A DNA stretch of 64,000 bases, taken from assembly GCF_006345805.1 (NCBI RefSeq), contig NC_043005.1, positions 43,772,001 through 43,836,000 on the forward strand. The letters are read 5' to 3'. The notes under the pieces were generated by a model. The model was given only the letters and a program-made list of their open reading frames with translations. It searched no databases and had not been told where the DNA came from. Shown here in pieces: positions 38,020 through 52,488 of the stretch. This stretch comes from Octopus sinensis. Its lineage: Eukaryota. Each line of letters starts with the position of its first letter. The stretch's first letter is position 1. The position numbers and the translations under genes were made by a program.

Positions 38020-39073
38020 CATAAATGAATGAACGCATACATATATATGTATGTGTGTATCTACAGGTGTAGACAGATTTGGCTTTTCTTTTTTTTTTTT
38101 TTTGCTATGGAAGCAGAAACAAGCAAAAAACAGTTGTTGCACTTACTCTTCTTCTCATTTTTCTGATCACGATTCAGAAAATATTCAAACTGCGGGATCA
38201 TCGATGTTTTGGAAACTAGTTGCCAACTGAAGGATAATATTTTCATTTGCTTTATCAACGAAATTCATCAGAATATGAAGCTGTATTTAGATATTTTCTA
38301 TAACATGTTTAGAAACGATCAATATCAAAGTCGGGCAGTGGATTTTAAGGATATGCATATTTCTCTTCCCTTCAATACACATGTTTTATGTGCAATGAAA
38401 TGTAAAACACTTAACAGTACACATTTTTGGTATGTATTGTCTTATTAATATGATTACATTAATAAAACATGCCTATTTATACAAACATACATAAACTTAT
38501 TGATATATATATTCGGCTCTTCCTGCTTCTGTCTTTCTTTCTTTCTTTCTTCCTCTCCCTCTCTCCCTCTCTCCCCATATTCGTAAATACATAACTTACA
38601 CACACACACAAACACACACACACAAACACACACACACAAAACAAACATACGCACACACATGCGCACACGTTTAAATATACGCATATATGTGTATATATGT
38701 GTGTGTGTATATTTGTATGTATAAGTTGTGCATTGAATATGCATAAATACAGCAGAGGTAAAATAAAAAAAAGCATGCACAAAAAAACAAACATAGAAAA
38801 AAAAACCATAAAACAGAGGGAATAAAAATTTTCATCTGAAGTTCTTATCTGTAAGAGAGAATAGGTGAATTATTATATAAGTGCTCTGAAAGATGAGGGA
38901 ATTTCTATAATCCAAAAAGCTATCTTTAATTGTCACCTCAACCATGATGACATTACAGAAAAAATTTACATTTGATCAAACAAAACCGAACCGTTTTACA
39001 TTTGACTTTCATTCCATAGATGAGATTTCATACACCATCTATGTTCTGTGGTGTCTCATTGTTTGTCTCTATG

Positions 39074-39105
<32 letters not shown>

Positions 39106-39383
39106 GTCATTTTACAGAGACAGAAACACAGGCAAATGCATACACTCGCATATATGTTTGTATTTTTGAAACATATATATATATATATGTACATGTATAA
39201 ATAGGGATAAATATTTTATAGTTACACATCATGTGCATGCACACGCATGCATACATAAGCATACACATACACATCTACACATGTGTGTATTTACATGTGC
39301 ATCTGTATATGTAGATGTATATGAGTGACTGTATAGATATGTATATTCATAAATACATTCATATACATATAATAAATATGTAC

Positions 39384-39424
<41 letters not shown>

Positions 39425-39489
39425 TACATATATATTATTTATATATATGTGCATATACATAAATATATACATCTATATGTATGTTTGTC

Positions 39490-39529
<40 letters not shown>

Positions 39530-39848
39530 CATACATGCATAATACAACATACATATATGTATTTTTGTGTATTCATGTATATAAATTTGTATGTTTGTGT
39601 GTGTGCAAATAAGTATATACATATACACATACATACACACATACATAAACACATATGCACACATACATACACACATACATAAACACATATACACACATAC
39701 ATGCACACACACACACACACAAATATATACATACATTCATACTAGTGTAAATGAAAGGGAATAGTCATACATGAACTTCAATATACATTTTATGCTTACA
39801 TAGAAGTTATTTCCACATAAAACCATATAAACATGTATACGTGTGTGT

Positions 39849-39899
<51 letters not shown>

Positions 39900-40122
39900 C
39901 ATACATACACGCATATATATATATATCTGTATGTATGTATGTATGTATGTATGACAGTTGATAGATGTATATATTTTTTTAAAAATAAATATACCTCTGT
40001 AATATTTGCTGCGGTGCAATGCATAACAAATAGATTCTGGTTAAATAAGATTGTTTCAAATAGTAGTAACTGTATTTTTATGTATTTACTTTTATGTAGG
40101 TGCACACACACACACACACACA

Positions 40123-40168
<46 letters not shown>

Positions 40169-40794
40169 AAACATGAGCACATATGCATGAGAATGCATAA
40201 ATGTGTGTGTATCCATGTAAGTTTGCATGTATATGTGTTTTATCATTGTCATCACCATCATCATTGCCACTACTGCTACCACCACTGTCATCGCCATCGT
40301 TCATCATCATGGTAGGTTTTATGTCTCCTTGTCCCATGCTGTCATGAGTTAGATGAAATATGATGAGGTAGTCTCCCTGTCACCAACCCTTTCTTTCTTC
40401 TAAGCAAGGTATATATTCATCAATTCTTTTCTGCAACAAACTGCACAATGCCAAACATGCTTCTGCAGAAGGTGGAATGATGGTACCACCTAAATGGTGT
40501 CATTGTTTTGTACTTTAAACTTGTAACCAATACCAACACAGAGATGGAAAGAAACAAACCCTGCATAAAAGACTCCCATGTACATACATATCAGATTATG
40601 AAACAGCTGTAAACATATGCAATAAACATTTGCTGTCATACATCACTTCACATATCTGTTCAGGTGAGAAACTATGATGATTTTTGGCTGATAACTGATG
40701 AAGGACGAGCACATCCATGTCTCGTTTGTGATTTCTGTGTATTCCTTTGTCGTCATTCTTAGCAATTTTCTTTACTCTTATATCTTCAATCTTT

Positions 40795-41230
40795 TATCTT
40801 TGTCTTGCTTCAGTCATTAGACTGCGGCCATGCTGGGGCACCACCTTCAAGAATTTTTAGCTGAATGAAACAACCCTGGTACTTTTGTTTCTTTTTAACC
40901 CCGGTACTTATTCCATTTGTCTCTTTTGATGAACCACTAAGTTACAGGGATGTAAACAAACCAACAATGAGTGTCAAGTAGTGACAGTGGAGGACAAACT
41001 CAAATACACACACACATATATATATACATACGTACGTACATACACACACACACACACATACACACACACACACACACACACCACACACACATACACACAC
41101 ACATATATAAGAACTTCTTTCAATATCCATTCAAAAGGTTTTGGTCAGCCCAAGAATATAGTTGAAGACATTTGCCCAAGGTGCCACACAGTAGGACTAA
41201 ACATGGAACCATGTGGTTTGGCAGCAAGCT
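40795..41230 (-). mobile_element. SINE family A
   Basis: Reverse complement of the consensus. Confidence 0.85.
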
Positions 41231-42064
41231 TCTTACCACACAGCCACATGAATAATTTGGTATAAAAAATTCCTTGAGCATTTGTCCAGTGTTTTCTCTC
41301 TGTTAGAGCCAAAGCAAATGTTTTCAGACAGCATATGGATTTCTTCAAATGAAGAATTGGTGATGGAAGCATCCATGAAATTATATTCTCCTGCTCCGAC
41401 TTAGCAGTTGAAACACTAAAAACAATTCTAACAAATTTACCAAGAAAAAAATTACTTGCTGGATCCAGGAATATGTGAACTCTTCAGGATAATGGTTTTG
41501 ATTCTGAGAGGAAGATAGTTCTTATTACAGAGTCTTTGAGCAAATATGACATTGATATTATTGCTCACAGTAAGGTGGCAAGCTAGCAGAATCATTAGCA
41601 TACTGTGCAAGATATTTTGTGGCATTTCGTTTGATTTTACATCCTGAGTTCAAATTCCACTGACATCAGTTTTGCCTTTCATCCTTTTGGGGTTGATAGT
41701 ATAAGTATCAGTTGAGAACTGGGGTTGATGTAATCAACTCAACAATTCCCTAAAATTGCTGGCCTTGTGCCAAAATTTAAAATCACTATTACTGCTTATA
41801 GTGAGACATGTTTTGCTATGGTAGTTCAACCAGAAGAAATAAGAACAGGCTACATAATTTTAGAGGAGGCAAAGAAGAAAAATAAAACCAGGTTATGCGG
41901 TATTGGTGATATCAGTATAATTAAAAACTACCATGGCAAAATACCTATCAATATTTCCCTAAGCTTAAATTGCATTTATCACACTAGAAGTAGATCTGAA
42001 AGAGCAGAGCTCAACATACTGAAACAGCTGGTTATGTTCTGACAATTTCACATAATGAACACCA

Positions 42065-42520
42065 GACATGGCAGTGTGGTAGGAAGTTTGCTCCCCAACC
42101 ACAGTACTTTGGGTTCAATACCACTGTGCAAAACCATGGGCAAGTATCTTGTACTATAGCCACTGACCAACTAAAGCCTTAAGAGTAGATTTGGTAAACA
42201 GAAACTGAAAGAAGCTTGTTGTGTATATGTATAACTCTGTGTGTGTGTGTATGTGCGTGTGTGTGTGTGTGTGTATGTGCGTGTGTGTGTGTGTGTGTGT
42301 CTTTGTGTCTGTGTTTGTCCCTCACCACTACTTGAACACCAGTGTTGGTGTGTTTACATCCCTGTAAGTTAGCAGTTCAGCAAAAAGAACCGATATAGTA
42401 AGTATCAGGCCAAAAACAAAAAAAAGAATAAGTACTGAGGTTGATTCATTCAATTAAAAGTTCTTCGAAGCAGTGCCCCAGTATGGCCACATTCAAATGA
42501 CTGAAACAAGTAAAAGATAC
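42065..42520 (+). mobile_element. SINE family A
   Basis: Head, core, (TG)n, tail. Confidence 0.85.
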
Positions 42521-42559
42521 AAGATATAAATTTTACTGTAAGTCCTGTCACCTCAAAAT

Positions 42560-44000
42560 CCCTTCATAGCGACAAAGATTTCCTACATAGGGACTCTAAT
42601 GTCAGGCTAGAATTTAATGCTCAAACTTGATCTGAAATAATAGCTAAACATGGTTTAGACAAAATGGATAACAATGGGCTACATCTGTTCTACTTCTATA
42701 ATGAATTAAAATTTTCTGTCACAAACATACTATTCTAGCAGGCAAATAACCATAAAACAACTTGGATGCATCCTCAGTCTAAGGACTGGCATTTAATTGC
42801 TCGCATAATCACCAGAAAACAGGATAAAATAGATGTTCTTTTTACTCGTTCATTCCATATCGCTTTGCTGTCAGATCATTCATTGTTATACTATAAAGTA
42901 TCCTTCAGAATTTCAGGAAAACAACGACATCAAAATATCAAAGCTTCTAGATGTATAAATGTCAAGTCACTCGAGGTTGAGGATAAGAATCTCAAACTCT
43001 CTGATAAATTAGATGCAACTCTGGTAAATGTAAATATAAGGGAAAATATCGAAGGAAGCATGAAAATATCTCAAAGAAGCAACATAAAATACCTCTACAG
43101 CCACATTGTAAACATCAAGATAGGCTCAATGAAGACAACCTTAAAGTTAAAAGTATTTCTTATATAAAATGTAGATTGTATGCAACAATTAGATGCCATA
43201 AAAAAAAAAAGAAAACCAAATGCCAAGGGAAAAAGAAGACTTATTTTGAGCTAAAACGATCAATCCAAAGTCTTTAAGACTTGTGGAACAAATATGGTAG
43301 GCACAGAAAGTGACTGAGATTCAATCTGTAGCAGACAAGAAGGATATTAGATCAGGCAAGAAAATGGTTTATGGATTACAGATTTGTAGTTCATCTACTG
43401 TCATGTCATGGCTGCAGAACATAGAAAACTACTGACTAGAAGAACAAACAAAAAAAAAAAAAAGAAAGAAAAAGAACGAGGCCTTACAACAATGGAAATA
43501 CTTTGAGACTGGTTTTGAATATTGATTCATCAATTCAAAAGAATATCTTTCTACAAAGCCCAATATAGTACAACTTACATATCTCTTGAATTCAATAAAT
43601 ATGGTGCCAATTAAATTAACTGATTAAATTTTATCACTAACATGAAGCAACAGGAATGTTCCCAAGGGCTTTTAAGTGTGCTTTTCCATCAAACATCTTT
43701 TCAAAAACAAGGGCAATAAAATCGTGGATCATCACATCATAAACAGACAGATTACTCTTCTTGCAGCAAGAATTTACCCATAACTGTGTGTGGCTTTAAG
43801 TCATGCAGACGGATAATCAATATAATATACACTTTGAAACAGATTACAGAAAAAAACTATAGAAGAAAAATTCAGGAATTGTACTCTGTTCTTGTTGGCC
43901 TTATTAAGGCATTGACTGTGGCATCCAAGAGACTCACTGGAATGAACTACCAAAAATCCTAGGAGCTGATAACATGTTAACTGTTATTATTTGATAATAT
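42560..44000 (+). mobile_element. Highly degenerate RTE/BovB-like LINE (APE endonuclease C-terminus to RT N-terminus)
   Basis: GDSNVR (GDFNAR), WMHPQSKDWHLI...LLSDHSLL (APE motif), then CGF..., LKQITEK..., GLIKA (DLxKAFD) remnants with many stops. Confidence 0.75.
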
Positions 44001-45836
44001 AAGAGTTGCAGCTATATCAGGAGGAGAATCATTTGAATCTTTCAATCACTGATTGGACAAAATAATAAGTCTATGTTTTGGCTTCAGTGTTGTCGGCTCT
44101 TTATTTCTTAGTTTTCCTTAACAACATTTTAAAAAACTTTTGACAAATTTGTCAGATTCAATCCTTTATCATTCAGATTACTCTGTCAGATGTAATGCTT
44201 ATTTATTCACAATGTTTTGAATTTATTATTTATTATCTCAGAGTTTCAAAATTTCATTGATGTGATTGTTTATTTTTTGGAATGATATTGTAGGATAGGT
44301 ATGAGAGGCCAGATTTGGCCAGTTTGAACATAAAACAGGTAGAATATTTGGGCCTGACATGGCTGGTCTAAATGTTTATAGGTTAAATTTCATATTAATG
44401 GAGATATGTTAATCACCAGATAATCATGGTAAAAATGCTTGATATTTCTCTCAAAGCATACTTTAATATCATATAAAAAGAAAGACTATTTGAATAAAAG
44501 AGAGGATAGTCAAAGCTAATATATCTTTGGTGAGAACCCTACTTGGTTAGAGTTTAATTAGTGTTAAATATTAATAACCTAAACATCTTTCACCGGTTCT
44601 TACTGAAGCATTGTACCATTATATACTTGTAGAAGTGAGGCGAATGTCCTTGTGGATAAAGTAATGATTATTGGGTGATCATAGGGTTGTTTGTTTAAGT
44701 CTACTCCTGACATTTCATTGTGTTTATTCTGCATTGCCTAAGTTTGTCTCACCATAGAGAATTTATTTATATTTCGGGTTATTTGGGAATGTTCCATTAC
44801 AGGGTTGAGTCCTTGCTGCAGTGCTGTAGCTTGAGTGCTTCAATGATCCTGAGAACTCTGCCAACAGAGTACAAGCTCCTGGTAAGGTTCCCTCTCCCCA
44901 CCCTGTGTTGGACAGGTCACAAAATAGTGGACAAACCAACATGTACTACTTTTTCCTGGGGCTAAAAATGGCTTTCTGTTAGGTAAACATTGCTAGTTAG
45001 AAAAAGAAAAATTACAAAAGCATTAATGACAATTCAAAACCAACATTTTTTTCTTCCTATTATTTTTAACAAATTATGATAGGCAGTGCTCCAGTATGGC
45101 TGCATTCCAATGACTGAAACCAGTAAAAGAATAAAATAATTCTAATCTATTTAATTTAATGTAGTTGCTCTGTATTTCATATTAATTTTCATTCCACATT
45201 TGTCTTTTTTACTTGATTGGCTAATTCAATTATTGGCTTGGTTACAAAGCATCCACATTAGTGTAGTTCTCGCCTATTGGATATGTGTAGATATATATCT
45301 CTCTTTGAGAGGGGAGACAGAATGAAGAGAGTGAAAGAGAGTGAGAAAATAATTTTTAGGATTAGTATTTTTTATTCTTAGTAAGTATTCCTTTGTTAAA
45401 TGATGCCAAACATTAGCAGAGGTGAACTAGATAAGTTGTTTAACAATAATTTCATGAATGATGAAATTATAATGACTACACACTTTTCCTTGTGTTTCAG
45501 GAAAGAGGACTTTGTTCTGTATACATTCACCTAACCTAAAAGATTAAATACCAAATATTCAGTAAGTGCTGCCTGAAATATCTTGGCATTCTATCCAAGG
45601 ATACATTTCTTTCTCATGGAACCTGAAACTAGCAGCTGGATATATCTTCCTGTGCAATTCAAAGATATATAAAATCAAACACTTAAGTTCATGTTGGTCA
45701 AGAATCTATGGTGAAGACAGCCAAACGGCTTTAATTGGAGATATCTGGTGTAGCCTCTGATTATATTTGAACTTATGTATGTATGTATGTATGTATGTAT
45801 GTATGTATGTATGTATGTATGTATGTATGTATGTAT

Positions 45837-45874
<38 letters not shown>

Positions 45875-46996
45875 ATGTATAGTATTTGTGATGGTGCCAT
45901 GTAAAAAGCACCCTGTACACTCTGTAAAGTGATTGGTATTAGAATGGGCATCAAGCTGCAGAAACCATGCCAAAACAGACCATGGAATCTGATGTGGCTC
46001 CTGGCCTTGCCAGCTGCTGCCAAACCATTCAACTCGTGCCAGGCTGAAAAATGGAGTTAAATGATGATGATGATGATGATGATGATGACGACGACGACGA
46101 CAACGACAATGATGATGATGATGATGCTTGCTGTTGCTCTGTTTTGATTCTTCTTTTAGGGAAAGAAGAGATGGCAGTGAGTTTCTGTGTTATGAGTCTG
46201 TAATTGTATGAACAAATTTGCTCATACACCTTCCTCTGTACATGCTTTGTGTGTGTGTGTGTGTGTGTCCACACACATATGTGCATGTGTTTGTGCCTGC
46301 TTCTGTGTGTATATGCATGTATGTGTACATGTATGTGCTCCTGTTTGTCTGTGTCATATTTTTCAAGCAGATAAGAACTAATAACTATTTGTGTCATCAA
46401 CTTTTTTTGCTGATTCAGACATTGATAAACTTTCATCAGATGAGCTAATTAATGGGATTAATAATATGTTCAGTTAGTTCTAAAGGAATTTATATTTCTT
46501 TTATTAATCATTCTGATTAAAACAGTTAACATGAGACAAAGCTAAGCAACAGAGGGGGCCTCTACATGGCTACTCAAACTACAAAGAATATTAGCAAAGA
46601 TTACATCAAGTTATACCATCATCATCGTCATCGTTGTTGTCATCATTGTTCTTGTTGTTATTGTTGTTGTTGCTGTCATCGTTTTTGTCATTGTCGTCGT
46701 TATCATTGTCATCATCATCTTCATCATCATCATCATCGACATCTAACATCCACTTTTCCATGCCTGCAAGAATTGAACAGAGTTTATTTGAGGCAGATTT
46801 TCAGTGAGTTTGATGCCCTTTCTTTGACCAACCATCACCTATTTGCAAGCGGAGTAATAATTTCCACCTGGCCATACATGTTCTCATGGCATATAGGAAA
46901 TAAATGACACTGCTTGTATGACAGTGATGCTCATTTACAACAAATTTGAGACATCAAGACAGAAAGACTCAAACACACACACATATACATACATAG

Positions 46997-47078
<82 letters not shown>

Positions 47079-47764
47079 ATATATACATACACTAGCTTAA
47101 AAGCCAGCATATTGGGTAGCTTTTAAGCTAGCTCCTGAGGAGGGCTCTTCATTGGGCCTTGGGCCCAACAATGACACTTCATGCATTGAGTACATATTGA
47201 ATTTTATTAAACTTGACCGATATTTTTCAAGCAATGAACAATTTTCATCAAAACAATGATATAATTTGTTGACTTGGAACTTATTGCAAAACTGCAGGAT
47301 AAACAACATTTTTTTGTTTTCCCATTCGTGGGGGTCAGTACAATTTTTTTTGTGTCTGACCTCTTTCTTTCTTTCTTTCTCTTTCTCTCATTCTGTTAAT
47401 TGTTTTCAACCATCACCATCACCAGTACCACCACCATCACTACCACAACTGTCATACACACACTGTTCAGATTTCTGACGCCACCACCTTTGACTTCACT
47501 GCTTTCCCCTCCACCACCATCATCCCCATCACCTCCGCCTCTATCACAACTATGGCTCATACTATCACCCCATTACTATCACAACTATGGCTCATACTAT
47601 CACCCCATTACTATCACAACTGTCAGTCTATTACTGTCTCTACGCCTACCGTTACTCTCACCCCAACATGAGCAATAGTAGAAGTGTCAATGAATAGAGA
47701 GAGAGGTGGGGGTCGAAGTGTGACACACTGACACACAGAAATTAGTTTTCACATTTATTATATT

Positions 47765-47846
<82 letters not shown>

Positions 47847-49279
47847 CAAACACACACAACGGGCTTCTTTCAGTTTCTATCAACCAAATCCACACAAAAA
47901 CTTTAGTTAACTTCAGGTTATAGTAGAAGACACTTTTCCAAGGTACCACTCAGTGGGGACTGAACCTGGAACAATGTGGTAGGTAAGCAAACATCTTACC
48001 ACACAACCACACCTAACACAGACAAAGCAGTGCATATGTGATAATGACATCCTAGTCGATTGTGTCTGAATAATGGAGGCAGCTTTAATATGCAAGCATA
48101 TTCGAGGATTATCAGTTGCTGTTGGTCATTGGCAATCATGATTGGCTTCATAATTATTCAACCATTATTCTCTATGCACGTTTTTTTATCAAAGTGTGTA
48201 TCTACTTAATCATAAAGAATTCACTCATTGTTAGTGTTTGCAAGCGACAAGAAATAATCTTTCAGGAAGCCACAACTGCATTGCGACAGCAAGATTAGAT
48301 CAAGGTGGTACTCTGTGCTGTGATTGGTCAATTGTAAGATACTGAGGAGTGCAGTATAGACTAGCTTTCTCTCCAGCAGAATGATTCTTTTCTCATCTAT
48401 TTTATGTCAGAGAGTCACCTAAATGACATATGACCAAAGGCATTCTAACTTTGATGATCCAGTGACAAAGGTAATGTGTCAAAAACATGTCATTCAAGCT
48501 TATGACATCTTTCTCTCTCTCTCTCTCTCTCTTCTCTTTCTCTTTCTCTTTCTCTCTCTCTTTCTCTTTCTCTTTCTCTCTCTCTCTTTCTCTTTCTCTT
48601 TCTCGCTTTCTCTCTCTCGGTTAATACCAATGTCCGAAAATACTTAAGATAATAAGTCAAAGGAATGAGAGAATAACAATACATAAACTGGAATTGAACC
48701 TACATTATATTATTAGTTGGACTGGAGCTTGCCACCACTTAAAATTGCTAGTAACTGTTCCTTCTTAACTCAGTCTATGGAACTCTTGAACTGGTGTTAT
48801 ATGATAACTGCTTCAGTTTAGAATGAATTTATATTATATGGAGGTTATAGCACTAAGCAATGATGGGTATGATTACAAACTAGTTACCATTTCAAATATG
48901 CTTAAGACATATTTGAACCTGTAAGAAAGCCATTTATTCTAGTTTGTCATGGAGAAAATTTCTTGCTGTAGACAGATAAGTATATTTACACTGAATCAAC
49001 TCACAATACCTCTGTGAGAAATTTTTTCCATGACTGTGAGAAATTTTTTCCCTGACAAAATACAATGAATGGCTTTCTTATGAGTTCGAATATGTCTCAA
49101 AGCATGTTTGAATTGGTAACAAGTTTATATTAGTACACATTACTGCTTAATACTGTCACCCTGCATATCTTATGTATGGTGAGCCACTGAATAGCACAAT
49201 CAGTCATTGAACAATAACAAGAATAACAAAAGAGGGACTTGTCTCTTGTGTCAGTTTGCAGTATCTGCCTTTCCAGCCT

Positions 49280-49327
49280 CTGTTGCTGAAGAGGAGATGA
49301 TCACTTTGAAATACATGCATCCACCAG
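49280..49327 (+). ncRNA. Degenerate type I hammerhead (AUC site), copy 1
   Basis: ctgttg CUGAAGA gga-gatgatcac-ttt GAAA tacatgca UC caccag; stem I 5/6 paired; weak stem II. Confidence 0.55.
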
Positions 49328-49584
49328 TCTGGCTTACATTTTGCTGTGAGCTGACTCTGTGTATTTACACCTGTTTATCTACAATGAGAAATTTTCTCAG
49401 TGACAAAATATAGTGAATGACTTTCTTATGGGTTCAAATATACCTCAGGCATATTTGAAATGGTAATATATTTATATACATTACTATCTAACACTGGGTA
49501 TCTTACGTATGGTAAGCCACTGAATAGCACAACAGTCATTGAGCAATAACAGGATTAACATAAGAGGGACCTGCCTCGCATGTC

Positions 49585-49632
49585 ATGTTGCTGAAGAGGA
49601 AATAATCACTCTGAAATACATGCATCCACCAG
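49585..49632 (+). ncRNA. Degenerate type I hammerhead (AUC site), copy 2
   Basis: atgttg CUGAAGA gga-aataatcac-tct GAAA tacatgca UC caccag; cleavage sites 305 nt apart. Confidence 0.55.
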
Positions 49633-51060
49633 TCTGGTTAAGTGGCATTGTGAGATGACTTACAAGTGTATTTACACCTATTGTCTACAGTGAGAAATTG
49701 TCACCATGACAAAATTAAATAAATGGCTTTCTTATGGGTTCAAATATGCTTGAGGCATATTTGAAATGGTAGCAAGTTTGTATAAATCTAGATTGTTTGG
49801 AACTGGAATAAAACACTAGCAAACTTGGAAAGTGTTTCAGAATATTGAATTCTGTGGAAAGGAAGGTGTTCTTAGTATATATATAATCTAGGGTGTTTGA
49901 GGGGAAATAAAATGGAAAAGGATGTATGAAGTAAATTGATTTAATTTTAAATCAGATAGTAGTCTTGAAGAGCAGGCTGCAGACGAAACTTCATCAGTCA
50001 AGAACATAAGAGGATGTAAGAAAATATTTAATATTCTAAATTATGTAGTATGATTCAAAAGGAAAAAGTTCATGGGATCTTTTAAACTAGATGATTCTGA
50101 ATGTTCAAATATTTTATCATATTATCTGATGTTTTTCTATAGGTCATACGAAATGGAATGCCACTGATAGAAGCAATCACTATGAAAATTACCCAGTTGA
50201 TTGTCTGGTAATATGATTAAGGAAATGAGAACAAGAATATCATAAGACCTTCATGGGTAGTTATTGAGCTATAGAAATTGTCAGCTCAGGTAGAGTTTGT
50301 ACAATTACTCAGTTAGCTAGATTATGCAAAAAGCTATTATTTATAATGATTATTGTATCAACACCATTATCATCTACTTTAATGGAAAATATAATATATT
50401 AATGAAGAAGCATTATATGGAACTAAAACTAACAGATGAGATGATTACAGTGTTTGTATGAGTTATAGTATAAAGCTAGTAGAAGATAAAGTTGACATGA
50501 ATAGAACACAATTTGGGTTTAGATCAGAGAGTGGTGCTATAGGTGCCATATTTCTGATGAGATGAAATATTAATTTAGCTAACAAAATTGACAATTTTGT
50601 ACATATTATACAAATTTATTATCTTTCACCAAAGTCAGCATAATGGATATTTAATATCACATACTGGTGGCTGTGAAGTATCTTAGATTCTTTTATCCAT
50701 TAGATATCTTCCAGCAATTTGGTCTTATTGAATTTCAAAGGCTCATTCTTCTGACTGATAGGTGACAATAGAAGATTCTTTAATTAGCAATTTATGATTT
50801 GTTACTCTATTTTGCATCAGATTCATAGCCAATATTTTGTCCAGATTTCTTTAGTTTTGCTCATCTGACATAACTAGCATTCACTGGGTTATCACCATAT
50901 AATTAGTCATAGAGAATTCTTGCAATAGAACCATCTTTCAAAGGTGATGACAAAAAGACATAATAGTTGATGATGTTTAGCTCCAGATTAAGCTTTGACT
51001 GAGTAGTCCTATTATCAAAGACATTCCAACAGTGGCCATCCTGTCTATTTTTCTGGCATA

Positions 51061-51095
<35 letters not shown>

Positions 51096-51137
51096 ATACA
51101 TATATTTATATGTATATATACATACACATATATATAC

Positions 51138-51209
<72 letters not shown>

Positions 51210-51289
51210 CATATATACACACCTATATATATATATATATATGTATATATGTAAATATAGATCATTACATATATATATATTTATATATA

Positions 51290-51986
51290 TACTAGCTGAG
51301 GTACCCAGTAAAAAGTTACCATTAATAAGATGTTTGTTTATAGCCATGAAACATTTTTCGTCAAATTTTGACATTTTTCGAAAATTTAAAATCCATATTA
51401 ATGGGTAGGACCAATTTGACAAAAGAATGAGCAGAGCCTAATAGCAAACTTGTGTCATCATCATTTTTGTGCATGTGTGTAAAATGGCAAAATTTTATGC
51501 TTTAGGACAGATTTTGTCAAATTGATGTCATGACAGCTAGTGTGTAGAATGCCTAAATTTTGCTTGAGAAATAAAATGGTCTTATCTAATCAAAACCTGA
51601 AACACTGGGGAATTAAAACAACGAATTGAAATAATAAGTTTTAGCAAATCAAAACAATTCGCATTGAAATGAAGATTTAGCAAATACTAAATAGATTACT
51701 ATTAAATAGCTGTCTGTTTATGCCCATGAAACATTTTTTGTCAAATTTCGCCATTTTTCGTCAAATTGATGTCAGGTTGGCTAGAGCAAAAAATTTCAAA
51801 ATTCTTCAATTTTTTAAAAATCAATGCTGATTAAAAATAGAAATTTTAAAATTCTAAGTGTGTAAGTGACTACATAGGCATAAGCCCCATCCACATGTCA
51901 AGTTTCATCAAGGTCTATTGGATAGGCTTGGAGGAGTTAAAGTAACAAATTCACAAACACACAAACTTGCCATTTATTATTACAGA
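51290..51986 (+). mobile_element. Helentron-associated non-autonomous element (HINE/DINE-1-like)
   Basis: 5' tactagc..., 3' cacaaacacacaaacttgccatttattattacagat; embedded in (TA)n. Confidence 0.5.
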
Positions 51987-51988
51987 TA

Positions 51989-52060
<72 letters not shown>

Positions 52061-52065
52061 GTATG

Positions 52066-52103
<38 letters not shown>

Positions 52104-52327
52104 TATTATTGAAGTAGATAAATGAATTATCTTATTACGGATAATTCAAATGATAACCGATACCTGGGTAGCAAAAATCACAACAGAAAAGGCACGGTTG
52201 AGGTTATGACCATGGGGCCTAAAATCCGTGCCTTAGTGCGGAAATTTGAAGTTTTATGTGAAGTTTTATGTATTTAGTGTAGGAAGAAATGGAGCTGAAC
52301 GAAGATTTAACAAAATTCCTTTTTATT

Positions 52328-52413
52328 ATTTTCTACATATGTTTCAAAGGCTGCAAAGTCCCTAATTCGGATTGAATAAGGAGTCCATTTTGCAGCCTTC
52401 TCTTCAGGAAAAT
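52328..52413 (-). ncRNA. Type I hammerhead ribozyme (GUA site)
   Basis: attttc CUGAAGA g-aaggctgcaaa...tttgcagcctt-t GAAA catatg UA gaaaat; perfect 6-bp stem I, 11-bp stem II plus a G-U closing pair, palindromic stem III; inside a ~320-bp insert (52109-52427) between (TA)n tracts. Confidence 0.8.
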
Positions 52414-52441
52414 CCAGGAACTTAATATACATATATATATG

Positions 52442-52488
<47 letters not shown>

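Larger units (their letters stand above)
48874..49785 (+). mobile_element. Tandem of ~305-350-bp units with an upstream inverted arm; hammerhead-bearing (PLE pLTR/retrozyme-like)
   Basis: Direct copies of tgagaaattt...atggctttcttatg..ttc.aatat...tttgaa.tggta at about 49012, 49380 and 49690; reverse-complement copy at 48874-48992. Confidence 0.7.

Noticed and set aside
38240-38275. Minus-strand ctgatga...gaaa
   Set aside because: Weak AT-only stem II and no stem I; chance match.
40690-40735. ctgatgaa-ggacgag...ctcgttt
   Set aside because: No GAAA or stem III follows the hairpin.
47400-47680. Pro/Thr-rich ORF with a 35-bp tandem duplication (47541-47620)
   Set aside because: Low-complexity (CCA/ACC) tract with no splice or start context.
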